In this document: positions 1 to 14,784 of the stretch, piece after piece
Layout: the number at the start of each line of letters is the position of its first letter
Numbering within the stretch: the stretch's first letter is position 1
NCBI GenBank assembly: GCA_963716745.1
Contig: OY970320.1
Span: 640,001-704,000, forward strand
DNA from: an uncultured Gemmatimonadaceae bacterium
GTDB taxonomy: Bacteria; Gemmatimonadota; Gemmatimonadetes; Gemmatimonadales; Gemmatimonadaceae
Length of the DNA: 64,000 bases
Reading direction: 5' to 3'
Position numbers and translations under genes: made by a program
Notes under the pieces: model-generated
The model's database searches: none
Seen by the model: the letters and a program-made list of their open reading frames with translations, nothing else
Told to the model about the DNA's origin: nothing

Positions 1-467
1 GCGGCGCCTTCCTTCAGGAATTCCGGATTGCTGCATACGTGGAACGGGAACTTCGCCTGCTTGGCGACGGCGGCGCGCACGTGCGCGGCGGTGCCCACGG
101 GCACCGTGCTCTTCGTGACCACCACCGTCTCGCGCGTCATGTGCTTGCCGACCAGCTCGGCGACGGCGAGCACGTGCCGGAGATCGGCGGAGCCATCCTC
201 GTCGGGCGGCGTGCCGACCGCGATGAACACGACCTCCGCGCCCGCGATCGACGCGGGCACGTCGGTCGTGAAGCTCAGCCGCTTCTGCGCCTGATTCCGT
301 TCGACGAGCGCGTCGAGGCCGGGCTCATAGATGGGGAGGATGTTGCGCGTGAGGCCGTCGATCTTGCCGCGATCGACGTCCGCGCACACCACATCGTTCC
401 CCGTCTCCGCCAGACATGCGCCGACCACGAGGCCGACGTAGCCCGTACCAACGACCGATATTCGCAC
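1..467 (-). CDS. ugd: UDP-glucose/GDP-mannose 6-dehydrogenase, N-terminal part (runs off the left edge)
   Basis: Not in the ORF track. Manual minus-strand translation from GTG at 467: [32 protein letters not shown]...IYEPGL...FIAVGTP...[10 protein letters not shown]...NPEFLKEG, the family Rossmann and signature motifs. Confidence 0.95.
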   Translation of the reverse strand, partial: MRISVVGTGYVGLVVGACLAETGNDVVCADVDRGKIDGLTRNILPIYEPGLDALVERNQAQKRLSFTTDVPASIAGAEVVFIAVGTPPDEDGSADLRHVLAVAELVGKHMTRETVVVTKSTVPVGTAAHVRAAVAKQAKFPFHVCSNPEFLKEGA

Positions 468-563
468 GCGTCGAAATGCACCCGGGCAAGAAGTCCAAAA
501 TAGTTACAGCTATTGAAGTTAGCGGGCCGTTCTAGGGCGGGCAATGGCGCGCGCCCACGGAGT

Positions 564-1891
564 TCACGGCGCTGGATTCTTCCCCGAGAACCTCGGGCAT
601 TTCCCGTCCGGCGGGCCCGCCAACCGGCAATCCAGATAGCCGACCGACACCTCGTCGCTGCCCTCCGGATGTGTCAGCCGGATCCAGTACTGCGCGGGCC
701 CCTTCAGCCACGAGACGAACGATGCGTCCGGCGTGGTCAGCACATCACTCGGCTGCCCGTAGGCCTTCACCGACTCGCGCCGAAGCGAGTCATACGCCGT
801 CGGCGCACCCGGCGCGGCTGCGGGATAGCGCGTGCGCAACACGATCATGTACAACCGGCGGCCGTAGAATTGCGCCGCCAGCATGCGGTTCGCGCTGCTG
901 TTCTCCGTGCGCGACGGCTCGCGGAAGACCACCATGCCCCGCGCGCTGTCCACGAGCACGAACGAGGACGTGCCGCCGTCGGGACACCAATCTTCCTTCT
1001 CGCAATCCTTGGGATCCGCGCCCGCTGCGAGCGCGAACGCACTCTCGGTCATGCCGAGCGTGATCGTCGCCCAGCCGCGCGGCAGCGGCCAAGTGGGCGA
1101 GGGCGGGATGGAATCGGCGTGCACGATCGAGTCGGCGCGACGGATGGAGACCTTCACCGCCTGGTTGTAGTCCGCGAGCTGCGGCTGCGGATCGTGCAGG
1201 GTGACGGACAGGATCGCGCCTGGCGGCGGCGCATCCTTCATGGCCGCGAGCGCGGCCGACGCGCGCAGCCGCACGACCGTTGGGCCGCGGCTCCATCCCT
1301 CGGTGCGCGACGTGCTGTCGCTGTCCATCGCGGCCGGGGCGCCGAAGAGCAATGAGTATTTCTCCCGCAGCGAATCGCGCGCGAAGGGCGCGCGGCGGAT
1401 CTCCTCGATCGTGACGAGCGTATCGCGGAAGAACGCAGCGAGCAGTTCCACGGCGCAGCTCGTCGCGGAGTCGGCGACGATTGGGCGGTACGCCGGACCA
1501 CGATCGCGCCGGCCTCGACGGTGAACAGCGCGCTCGAGGAGTGCGGGCCGAGGTTGTGGCGCGCGCAGTCCTCGGCGCGGCACGGCTGCAACGGGAGTCC
1601 GGTGAGCTTCGTGAATTCGCCGCCCGTCATGCCGAGGCTGATGGCGCCGAACTCGCGTGGAAGCGTGCGCTCGGCGACGGAATAGGCGCTCTGTTCGGGC
1701 GGCGGCGCGTAGGCGGCGAGCGTGCGCTGCAACGCTGTCGCGGGCGGCGGACAATGCGCCGCGCTCTTCGCTGCCGACTGCTTCGACGCGGCCGAATCCG
1801 CGGCCCCGCCTGATGGCGGCGCATCGGAGTGCTTGCAGCCGGCGACCGCGCCGAGCACGACCAACCCGAGGAGTGATCTAGCGAGTGTCAT
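564..1891 (-). CDS. Hypothetical lipoprotein (apparent frameshift near 1470-1500)
   Basis: ATG at 1891 gives MTLARSLLGLVVLGAVAG-C (lipobox) in the 1238..2008 ORF frame. Protein-like sequence continues in the 564..1754 frame (PAYRPIVADS...). A GxxxLGMT motif occurs twice (FGAISLGMT, WATITLGMT). Confidence 0.55.
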
Positions 1892-1974
1892 CGATCCGTG
1901 GCTTGATGTCATCCCACACAGAACGCGCGCGACCGGTCCGGCGCAACGCGCTGGAATATGCGCAAGATCCCGCC

Positions 1975-2932
1975 TTACCGCGCGCGCTTCACTGGTTTCG
2001 GGCGCCATTCCGTGCGCAATGCGGCACCGAGCAGCGCCGAGAACCTCATCGCGCCATCCCGATTCAAGTGTTCGCCGTCGCTGAAGAGCGCCGGATCGTT
2101 CTCGATCGCGGTGTCGTCGAACACGAGAAGAGTGAGGCCGCGATCCCGCGCGAGCTCCCGGTACGCGTCGAGGACGCGCGCGCGGTTCGTCACGGCCCGT
2201 GCCGCCGCGCCGAGCTGCGGCGCCATGAACATCGTGAGCTTCACGCGGTGCGCCGCGGCGACATCGAGGATCCGCTCGAACGCATGGACCCGCTCCGTGT
2301 CGATGCGGTACAGGTGTCGCGGATCGCGCGCACGGCCGAGTCGGAGATCCGGCCCGCGGAGAGCCGTGACCCCCACTCGTCGAATTCCGGCGGCGGGTGA
2401 TGGATCACGTCGAGCACGCTCGGCCACCCGATGCGCTCATTGAACTCGGCATACTTGAACAGCGGGATCCAGCGCCATGCGAGTTCGCGGGCGCCGAATT
2501 GCCGCTCGAGGTTCTCGGCGACGATCGGCTCGTCAATGTATGGCACGTACAGATACGGGTGCAATTGGTCGTGCAGCCACCGCTCGTCGAAGCCGAATGG
2601 GTCCACCTCGAGCGCGATGCGCTGCGTGGTGTTCCGCGAGAGGAAACGCTCGAGCACGAGCGCCACTCTCCGGGTACGGCGGCCCCGTTAAGGCCGAGGT
2701 TCGCACCCCGGCCGCCCACCGCGTTCTCGATCGTGGGGATGTACACCGTGTGGTACGCGCGCGACGAGCCGAGCACGATGAAGTCGAGATCCGGCCATCC
2801 ATCGCGAAGATCCAGTTCACTTTCACGACGGGATCGCGCCGCGCGGCCGTCATCGTACACGGCGGCGAGCGCCACGCTCAGGGCGACGAGCGCCACGAGG
2901 AAGCCGGCGGCACGAAGGGAGGGTCGCATCAC
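1975..2932 (-). CDS. SGNH-hydrolase-like / AlgJ-DltD-type acyltransfer partner (split over three frames)
   Basis: N-terminal TM plus FIVLGSSRA (GSS block) in 2405..2932, middle in 2241..2666, C-terminal FSDGEHLN (DxxH) in 1975..2427. Lies directly downstream of an MBOAT gene. Confidence 0.7.
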
Positions 2933-2933
2933 G

Positions 2934-4373
2934 TCAGAACTGGAAGTAGATGAATTCCATCGGCGTGTGGAACATGCCGAAGCTGATGATCAGCAGGATG
3001 AGGCCGTAGTAGAATGCCCAGCGCACCAGCATGGGTTTCTCGTCGAGGAGCTGCCGCATCTTGCCGTGGCGCTCCGCGACGTGCACCGCCTCCATGATCG
3101 CGATCATGCATACGCTGATGACGAAGTACTGCGTGCCGACGATCGCGCGAAGCGAGGCCATGTCGAGCCCCCGCAGCGCATGGCTGATGATGTACGCCGC
3201 GTCGTCGAACGAGTTGGCCCGGAAGAAGACCCACGACACCAGCACGAGATGGAACGTGACGAACGCTCGGATCCAGCGGTGGCTCCATCGCACGCGCTGC
3301 ATCGGCGCGCTGGCGTACCAGCGCCGGCGCGCGCGCTCGGTGAACCTGCCCGCGAGAATGTAGAACCCGTGCAGCGCGCCCCACACGACGAAGGTCCAGC
3401 TCGCACCGTGCCAGAGTCCGCTCAGCAGGAAGACGATCGCGATGTTGAAGCACCAGCGCGGCACCGGCACGCGATTCCCGCCCAGCGGGAAATAGAGATA
3501 GTCGCGGAACCAGGACGAGAGCGAGATGTGCCAGCGCCGCCAGAATTCGGCGATCGACTTGGCGAAATACGGGCGATTGAAGTTGTCCATCAGGCGGAAG
3601 CCCATCACCTGCGCGGCGCCGATGGCGATATCGGTGTAGCCCGAGAAATCGCAGTAGATCTGGAAGGCGAAGAAATAGGTGGCGACGATGAGCGACCATC
3701 CGTGATGACCGGTGGGCGCCTCGTACACCTGATTCACGTACAGGCCAATGCGGTCGGCGATCACGACCTTCTTGAAGAAGCCCCAGAGCATCAGCTTGAG
3801 GCCGTCGGAGACACGCCGCAGGTCGAACGCGTGATGCTCGCGGAACTGATGGAGCAGCTGGTACGGCCGTTCGATCGGTCCGGCCACCAGCTGCGGATAG
3901 AACATCACGTAGAGCGCGTAGATCCCGAGATGCCGCTCAGCCTTCTGGCGGCCGCGATACACCTCGATCGTGTAGCTCATCGCCTGGAACGTGTGGAACG
4001 AGAGGCCGATGGGCAGGATGATGTTGAGCTGCGGGATCACCCAATCGAGACCGGCCCACGCGAAGAGCGCGTTGAGATTCTGGTCGGCGAAATCGAGGTA
4101 TTTGAAGACGCACAGGAGCCCGATGTTCGCGATGAGGCTCATCAGGAGCATCGCGCGCCGGCGCCGGCCCTCGGCGTTCTCGATCCCCCGCCCGGCGACG
4201 TAGTCCACCAGAATGAGGAACGCGAGGATGAGCAGGTACTTCGGAATGAACGCGGCGTAGAACACGCAGCTGGCGGCGAGGAGCACCACCCAGCGCAGTC
4301 GCTGCGACGCGAGGAAATACAGCGTCGTGACGACCGGGAAGAACAGGAGGAACTGCAGGGAGTTGAAGAGCAT
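2934..4373 (-). CDS. MBOAT family membrane O-acyltransferase (AlgI/PatA-like)
   Basis: Starts MLFNSLQFLLFFP. Motifs LPIGLSFHTFQ, FYPQLVAGPI, YCDFSGY, NFNRPY, EFWRRWHISLSSWFRDY, SGLWHGA; ends FIYFQF. Confidence 0.95.
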   Translation of the reverse strand: MLFNSLQFLLFFPVVTTLYFLASQRLRWVVLLAASCVFYAAFIPKYLLILAFLILVDYVAGRGIENAEGRRRRAMLLMSLIANIGLLCVFKYLDFADQNLNALFAWAGLDWVIPQLNIILPIGLSFHTFQAMSYTIEVYRGRQKAERHLGIYALYVMFYPQLVAGPIERPYQLLHQFREHHAFDLRRVSDGLKLMLWGFFKKVVIADRIGLYVNQVYEAPTGHHGWSLIVATYFFAFQIYCDFSGYTDIAIGAAQVMGFRLMDNFNRPYFAKSIAEFWRRWHISLSSWFRDYLYFPLGGNRVPVPRWCFNIAIVFLLSGLWHGASWTFVVWGALHGFYILAGRFTERARRRWYASAPMQRVRWSHRWIRAFVTFHLVLVSWVFFRANSFDDAAYIISHALRGLDMASLRAIVGTQYFVISVCMIAIMEAVHVAERHGKMRQLLDEKPMLVRWAFYYGLILLIISFGMFHTPMEFIYFQF

Positions 4374-4621
4374 CAGGCGGGCGCGAGAGAGTGTGGGGTG
4401 CGAGCCGTCGCGCGTCAAGCTCGAACGACGGTCCCTCTTGTGAGCGGCAGAGTGCTGCGGCTGTCGCGCAGCAGAGGAAGAGGTTTTCCGACCCCTTCGT
4501 GGAGTTGAGCGCCTCCTCTCGGCGTCGTGGTTCAATCCGCGACGCGCCGTGAACTTGCCGGTGAGATCGCCAACGCGCATCGTTCCTCGAGCGGACGAGC
4601 GCTTCCGGCCTCAGTCGAAGG

Positions 4622-6733
4622 ATGCGAATGACACGACGGCGCTCGACCTCCGGAACGGTTCGCGCGACGCCGGCGGCGGGAGGTCAGAAGAACGGACCGT
4701 CTACCTGGTGGGCGCGGGCGTTCGCGGTGTTCCTCGCCCTGTTCGGCCTCGTCCCGCTGTCGAATCTCCTGAGTGAGCAAACGCCAGACTCGTGGTATGG
4801 CGGCGCCGCACTGCTCTGGCTCATCCTCACTCTACTCACACTCGCGCTCGCCTTCGCGATCGCCGCGGCGTTCGGGCCGCGTCTCGACCACTGGATCGAC
4901 TCGCTCGAGAGCGTCGTTCTCGGGATCGACCCGCGCACGTTCGGCATCGCATGCGCCGCGCTAACGCTCCTCGTCTGCGCGGCGAGCGCACTGTACGCGT
5001 TCCCGCGCCACTGGCTTCCGACGGATGAAGCGTCCGCACTCTGGGAGGGCCGGCTGATCCTGTCAGGCCGTCTCTGGGTGCCGGAGGATCCGAATAGTCT
5101 GTTCTTTCCCGCCGGCAGCGCCGTGGTCCAGGGGCGCGCCTACGCGCAATACCCGATCGGCGGCCCGACGCTGCTAGCGCTGGGGGACGCGGCGCACGTC
5201 CGGTGGATCGTCGGCCCGCTCTTGTCTGGGATCATGGTGTTGGCGTTCTACCGCTTCGCGCGACAGGCGGTCGGCGAGGGGCTGGCCCGCGCAGTGACGA
5301 TCGGGATCGCACTCTCCGGCAGCATCGTGCTCATGGGTGCCACAGGCATGTCGCACGTTCCGTCATTGACGCTCATCATGATCGCCCTCGCCGCATTCCC
5401 CGTCTGGGCCGAGAGCGAGTCGAGGCGAAGCGTATTCGCGAGCGCCGCGGTGATCGGCGCGTGCATAGCAGGCGATCTCTTGTTCCGGCCATACGACGCG
5501 GTGCTGGCCGCGATCGTGATCGGCGCGTTCCAATTGGCGATGATCCGTCGATCACGAGACCGCGTCGCGTCACTGGTGGTTCAGTTTCTGGGTGGCCTGC
5601 CGCTGCTCGCGCTGACGCTTGCCGCGAACACGGCGATCACCGGCCACCCATTCGTATTCGGCTATGAGGCCGTGTACGGAAACCAGCACGATCCGGGATT
5701 CCACATGTCGCCGAGCGGATTCGAGCACACACCGCTCCGCGGCGTAATGCTCGCGTCCTCCTATCTGCTCGAACTCAATCATTCCCTGCTCTACTCGCCC
5801 ATTCCCGCGCTGCTGTTGGTGGTGGTCGGGCTCTTGGCCATGCGGCGGGTGACGCGTTGGGATCTGCTCAGTTGGAGCATGATCCTTTCGTTCGTCATCG
5901 GCTATGGCGCGTACTGGTACGACGGCCGAATGTTCGGCCCGCGGTTCCTGTATCCGACGGTACCTCTCTTCATCCTCCTCGCCGTGCGGGCGCCGGCGGC
6001 GATCGCGGACCGCCTCGCCGGCGCGGCAGCACGCGCGATGTGGCTCGTGATCCCGCTCTGCCTTGTGTACGCGTGGTGCCTGCCCGGCGCGCGGTTCTCG
6101 TTGACCACACTCACCGCGTCGTTGCACGCGAGCGCTCTTCACGAGGAGATCGACCTCGAGCGCGTCACCGAGGATGCCGGCGCCCATCACGCGATCGTCT
6201 TCGTGCCGGTGAGATGGTCGGACCGGCAGATGGCGCGGCTGCTGGGCCTTCACATCGACCTGGCGAGCGCGCAGCAGATACACCGTTTCGCGGATGCGTG
6301 TGACCTGGAGCATGCGCTCGATCGCGAAATGACGCTGCCCGGCGATCCCGCCGCGCGGGTTGCTCGCATCGTGGCCGCGACGCGCGCGGCGGACGCGGCG
6401 CCGCAGATCAAGGACTCGATCCGGGGAGACTCGCCACGTTTGCGCACGACCGACTCTCTCCCAGCCGATTGCGCGGCCGAGCACGCTGGCGACAGCGTGA
6501 GAGCGATACCCTTTGACTACGTGCTGCCGCTCGCGACTTATGACCGCGCCGGGATAGTGACGGGCGACGTGATATTTGCGCGCGACATGGGCGGCCGGTT
6601 GAACGAGGAACTGCGGAGCCGCTTCCACGATCGCACCTGGTATCTCATGCGGCGCGCCGCCGCTCCGGGCGGCGGGATCCTGGTTCCCTACCCGGCCCCG
6701 CCTACGGGTACTGGTATCTCCAGCTCGCCGTGA
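4622..6733 (+). CDS. Polytopic membrane protein, probable GT-C fold glycosyltransferase (ArnT/PMT-like)
   Basis: 703 aa with many TM segments. DE motif in the first periplasmic loop (PTDEASALW), YPIG and GPRFLYP motifs, C-terminal soluble domain. Confidence 0.65.
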   Translation: MRMTRRRSTSGTVRATPAAGGQKNGPSTWWARAFAVFLALFGLVPLSNLLSEQTPDSWYGGAALLWLILTLLTLALAFAIAAAFGPRLDHWIDSLESVVLGIDPRTFGIACAALTLLVCAASALYAFPRHWLPTDEASALWEGRLILSGRLWVPEDPNSLFFPAGSAVVQGRAYAQYPIGGPTLLALGDAAHVRWIVGPLLSGIMVLAFYRFARQAVGEGLARAVTIGIALSGSIVLMGATGMSHVPSLTLIMIALAAFPVWAESESRRSVFASAAVIGACIAGDLLFRPYDAVLAAIVIGAFQLAMIRRSRDRVASLVVQFLGGLPLLALTLAANTAITGHPFVFGYEAVYGNQHDPGFHMSPSGFEHTPLRGVMLASSYLLELNHSLLYSPIPALLLVVVGLLAMRRVTRWDLLSWSMILSFVIGYGAYWYDGRMFGPRFLYPTVPLFILLAVRAPAAIADRLAGAAARAMWLVIPLCLVYAWCLPGARFSLTTLTASLHASALHEEIDLERVTEDAGAHHAIVFVPVRWSDRQMARLLGLHIDLASAQQIHRFADACDLEHALDREMTLPGDPAARVARIVAATRAADAAPQIKDSIRGDSPRLRTTDSLPADCAAEHAGDSVRAIPFDYVLPLATYDRAGIVTGDVIFARDMGGRLNEELRSRFHDRTWYLMRRAAAPGGGILVPYPAPPTGTGISSSP

Positions 6734-8316
6734 GCTTCACCAACAGGTAGTCCTTTGAATCCGTCGGCTGGTTGTTCACGTTCGAGATGCGCGCATCGCC
6801 CACTTCGAGCGTGATCGGGAACTCGCTCATCGAGCCACGCGGCGCTCAGCCCGCCGATGAGCGAATGCTGCACATCGGGCCGCAGCGCGGTGGTATCGGG
6901 GAACGGGTCGCCCGCGTGGCCCGTGCGGTTGATCGGCGGGCGCTCATTGAGCCGCTGCGATCCGCGCTCCCACCAACCGCCGGTCGCGGCGAAACGCAGG
7001 CGCGCCGACGTCATCACTTCGAACGTGCCGAGCACCGTCTCCGCGTCGGGACCCAGGCTCGAGCCGAGCGGTGCGTCGAAGTTCTGGTAGATCTTCGCGT
7101 ACGTCTCCTGCCCCACATAGGTGAAGCTCTGCACCTTCTGCCAATTGATCGAGATGCTGCTCGCCATCGCGAGCCGGATCGGATAACTCGCGCCGAGGGT
7201 CCACGCGAGCTGGTTGGGATAGATCTGCTTGTCGTTCGCGTCAAGCTGATAATCGTCCACGAGCAGTTCGCCGGTGAGCGATGCTTTGCCGAGCGTCGCG
7301 CGCGCCGAGAAGAAGCCGGTGAGGTTCGCGTCGCCCTCGCCGGCCTGGTTGGTCTCGTGCTGCGTGGTCTGGTACGGCATGATCGGATTGAGGTACGCCC
7401 AGTCGAGTCCGCCGGTCGTGCGCGGCACGAGCGCGGTCTCGCCAAGCGTGAGCTCCACGCTCCGCACCGGCCAGAACGTGATGGCGTGCGCATATAGTGT
7501 GCGGAGCCACTTCTGCGACGCGGGCACGCTGTCGAGCAGCGGATCGAGGTTCACGTCGCTCAGCTGCCCAACGAAGCTCATGAACTCCCACTGGCGCAGT
7601 CGCAGGGCGAATCCGAAGTGGTCGATCGGCGGACCCACCGCGCTCAGCGCGAGCGACTGGGTGCCGTCGCCCATCCAGGCCACGGGCTCGCGGCCGAAGA
7701 AGAAGAACGCCGGCCCGGCGCGCGCGGTGAAATACGCTTCATCGGATCCAATGACGCCCGAACCGTGACGGAAGGCTTCCTGCCGGATCGTTGGATCGTC
7801 GCGTACGCCCGTTTGCGCGAAGAGTTCCGACACGGCGACGAAATGTTCGCCGCCGTTGAACGTGAGCCGCGCCGCCGCGTATCCGACCGCGGGCTGCGGG
7901 CCGGAATCCACCGGACGCACGTCCCGCCAGAGCGGCGCGACGGTGCCGTTCGTCTCGCCGGTGGCGCGCAGCGAGATGACGGAACCGAAGCGCAGGCGAC
8001 TTCCCGCGGTATCGTGCACCCATCCCGTGTCGCGCGTGAACCGCGCCGTGAGCAATTCGAGGATCGGCCCCTGGCAATTCTTCTCGTCGTGCGCCGCGAT
8101 GAGCGCCTCACGCACCGCGAGCGTGATGTACGGCCGGTACGGCGACAGCCGCGCCGCCACGCACCCCTGCCGCATGAGCGCGTCGAGCTGCACGTACATG
8201 GGATCATCCAGCGGGATGGACACGAGCGGATGTTGCGCAGCGCCGGCGCTCGCGCCGGCGCTCAGAAGTATCCATACGCCAGACGCCACACACGCCCGTG
8301 CTGTTGCCCGCATCAC
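6702..8316 (-). CDS. Outer-membrane beta-barrel, capsule assembly Wzi-like (1-nt frameshift near 6822)
   Basis: Signal peptide, IPLDDPMY start motif, alternating beta strands. After frame correction it ends ...LLVKLTASWRYQYP* at TAG 6702-6704, a beta-signal-like C-terminus. Confidence 0.65.
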
Positions 8317-10281
8317 ATTGCCTCGCGACTTGGAGCCCTGACCTCACCAGATACCCGATCGCGCACCCTCGCCAGCAACGCCGACTGCGGCAGGTACTCG
8401 GGTACGAGCACTTGCAACGTACGGAGCAGCTTCCGGTCATCGTGCGATTCCAGCGCCTCCCACAATTCGGCCAGCCCCGCCTCGAGCGGCACCGGTGCGT
8501 CCGTTTGCACGATGCGGATCTTCTTGTAGCGCGTGGGGAGCGTAGCTTCGCTCTCATCAGTGAGCTGCTCGTGCAGTTTCTCCCCCGGGCGCAGGCCGGT
8601 GAAGATGATCGGGATGTCCACGTCGGGCTCGAGCCCCGACAGCCGGATGAGATTCCGCGCGAGGTCGATGATCCGCACGGGCTCGCCCATCTCCAGCATC
8701 ACGATCTTGTCGCGCGCTTCATCCAGCGCAGAAGCCTGGAGCACGAGCTTCACCGCCTCGGGAATGGTCATGAAATAGCGCGTCGCATCCGGATGCGTCA
8801 CGGTCACGGGGCCGCCGTCGGCGATCTGGTTCGCGAACAGCGGCACCACCGACCCATTGCTGCCCGAGCACGTTGCCGAACCGCACGACCACGAAATGCT
8901 GCCCCGCGCTGCGATTCAGCGAGAGCACGATCTTCTCGGCGAGCCGCTTCGTGGCGCCCATCACGTTGCTCGGACTCACGGCCTTGTCGGTGCTCACCAT
9001 CACGAACTTCGCGCCGTGCTCGGCCGCCGCCGACGCGATGATCCGCGTGCCGAACACATTGTTGTGCACGGCGTGCGGGAGGTGGTCCTCCATGAGCGGC
9101 ACGTGCTTGAACGCCGCCGCGTGGAACACCACCTGGGGGCGCACCTCGCGGAAGAATCGCCCGATGTCCGCGCTGTCGCGCACGTCGCACAGCACGGCGC
9201 GCACCGAGAGGTTCGGGTGCCGGCGCCGCAGTTCCTGCTCGATCAAATACAGCGAATTCTCGCTCCGATCCACCAGCGAGATCTCGGCGGGATCGAAGGT
9301 CGCCACCTGACGCGCGAGCTCCGCGCCGATCGAGCCGCCGCCGCCCGTGATCAGCACGCGGCGCCCGGTGATGTCCACGCGCACCACTTGGGAATCGAGC
9401 TCCACGGGATCGCGGCCGAGCAGGTCTTCGACGCGCACCGGGCGCAGCTGGCTGACCAGCACGCGCCCTGAGAGCGCCGCGATCGCGGGCAGGATCTTGA
9501 AGGGGAGCCGCAGCGCCAGGCACCGGTTCACGATCGCCTGGATCGTCTCGCGCGAGGCCGACGGGATCGCGATGATGAGTTCGTCGGCCGGATGCGCCGC
9601 GAGCACGCCCGCGAGATTCGCGGTGAGCCCGATCACGGCGACGCCATGGATCTGGAAGCCCGTCTTGCGCGGATCATCATCCACGAAGCCCACGGGCTCG
9701 TATCCGAGCCGCGGATTGTTCTGGATCTCGCGCAGCAGCAACTCACCGGCATCGCCGGCGCCGATGATCAGCACGCGCCGCTTGCGCACGCCGTCGGCCC
9801 GCGGCCGGCGGCTCTCGCGCAGGGCGCGCAGGGTGAAGCGTGCGCCGCCGATCATCATCATCGTGAGCACCGCGTCGATGAAGATCACCGAACGCGGGAA
9901 CGCGAGCGCACGCCCGAGCAGCACCAGCGCCGCGGCGAAGAGGATGCTGCTCGAAAGCACGGCCTTGAGCAGTGCGTACAGATCGCGCATGCCCACGTAG
10001 CGCCACCAACCGCTGTAGAGCTGGTAGTAGGCGAACGCGCTCGCCCGCATGAGCAGCAACGGGGCGAGCGTGGTCCAGAACGTGATCAGGTCCGCCGGCG
10101 GGATCCGGAAATCGAAGCGCAGTGCGAACGCCAGCCAGTAGCTGACGGCCACAAGGAGGAGCTGGAGCCCGACCACGAGCGCGCGGCGCACATGGAAGCC
10201 GAGCCCGAGCAGCGGGAACGCGCGCTCGGGCGCATCTCCGCTCTCCGGCGTGGCCACTACGGGGGCATCGGCTTGGGTCAT
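8313..10281 (-). CDS. Nucleoside-diphosphate sugar epimerase/dehydratase, CapD/WbpM/PglF family (1-nt insertion near 8864)
   Basis: N-terminal TMs, IIGAGDAG, ITGGGGSIG, HAAAFKHVP, STDKAV, MGATK. RFGNVLG-SNGSVVPLF is restored by removing one G; then TRYFMTIPEA and GLRPGEKL. Confidence 0.93.
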
Positions 10282-10371
10282 GACGCGGCTCCCTCCGTCG
10301 GGCCCGCCGGCAAGCGTTGAGCGTATGTCATGCGCTCATTCGACGCACGCCGGCGCGCCGTTGTCACTGGG

Positions 10372-11484
10372 TCAGCGTCCGAAGAATTCGCGTACGGCCG
10401 CGATCGTCTCGTTCTGCTGCGAGCGGGTCAGTTCCGGATACACCGGCAGCGACAGGACCTCCTTCGCGGCCAGCTCCGAGTGCGGGAACGTGCCCGCCTT
10501 GACGCCAAGATACGCAAAGCATTTCTGCAAGTGCAATGGCAGCGGATAATAGACCGAATTGCCGATCCCTTTCGACTTGAGATGGGCCTGCAACTCGTCG
10601 CGCCGCGGGACACGGATCGTGTACTGGTTGTAGATCGATTCGTTGTTCGGATCGATCACGGGCGTGCGGATGTCCGCGGTTCCCTTGAACGCCTCGTTGT
10701 AGTACGCCGCGTGTTCCCGGCGCGCCGCGCTCCACGCGGCCAGGTGCCCCATCTTCGCGAGCAGCACCGCCGCCTGCAGCGCGTCGAGCCGGCTGTTGTA
10801 TCCCACTTCGTCATGGAAGTAGGTGGTGGTCGCGCCGTGCGTGCGGAGCTTGAAGAGGCGCGCGGCGATCGCGTCGTCCTGCGTGACCATCATGCCGCCG
10901 TCGCCGTAGCCGCCCAGGTTCTTCGACGGGAAGTACGAGAAGGTGCCGATCGTCGCGCGCTCGCCCGCCATGGTCCACTTGCCGTCGATCTTTCGCCGCG
11001 CACCGATCGTTTGCGCAGCGTCCTCGATGAGCGGCAACCCCGGCATCGCCGCGAGATACTGCTCGATCGGCGCCATCTGGCCGAACAAGTCCACCGGCAT
11101 GATGGCCTTCGTCTTCGACGTCACGGCCGCCTTGGCGGCCGCCACCGAGAGATTGAACGTGTCGGGCTCGATGTCCGCGAACACCGGCGTCGCACCCGCG
11201 TTGTGAATGGTGCCCGCGGTCGCGAAGAAGGTGAACGGCGTTGTGATCACCTCGTCGCCCCGTCCGATGTCCAGCGCCTTGATGGCGAGCAGGAGCGCGT
11301 CGGTGCCGCTCGCGCATCCGATCGCATGCTTGGTCTTCGACAATTCCGCCGTCGCCTTCTCCAGCGCGGCGACCGGCTTGCCCAGGATGAACAGCTGATC
11401 GTCCACCACCTGCATCATCGCCTGCACGATCTCGTCGCGGATCGTGGCGTGCTGGGCCTTTAGATCGAGCAGAGGGACTGGCAT
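10372..11484 (-). CDS. DegT/DnrJ/EryC1/StrS family sugar aminotransferase
   Basis: MPVPLLDLKAQ, SGTDAL, EDAAQ, FSYFPSKNLGGYGDGG (PLP Lys), NSRLDALQAA, LSLPVYP. Confidence 0.95.
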   Translation of the reverse strand: MPVPLLDLKAQHATIRDEIVQAMMQVVDDQLFILGKPVAALEKATAELSKTKHAIGCASGTDALLLAIKALDIGRGDEVITTPFTFFATAGTIHNAGATPVFADIEPDTFNLSVAAAKAAVTSKTKAIMPVDLFGQMAPIEQYLAAMPGLPLIEDAAQTIGARRKIDGKWTMAGERATIGTFSYFPSKNLGGYGDGGMMVTQDDAIAARLFKLRTHGATTTYFHDEVGYNSRLDALQAAVLLAKMGHLAAWSAARREHAAYYNEAFKGTADIRTPVIDPNNESIYNQYTIRVPRRDELQAHLKSKGIGNSVYYPLPLHLQKCFAYLGVKAGTFPHSELAAKEVLSLPVYPELTRSQQNETIAAVREFFGR

Positions 11485-11540
11485 TCTCGTGAGGGCTGGA
11501 GTTCGGGGCTGCGGAAGTTTGACGCGGGGACCGTCAGCCG

Positions 11541-14767
<3,227 letters not shown>

Positions 14768-14784
<17 letters not shown>

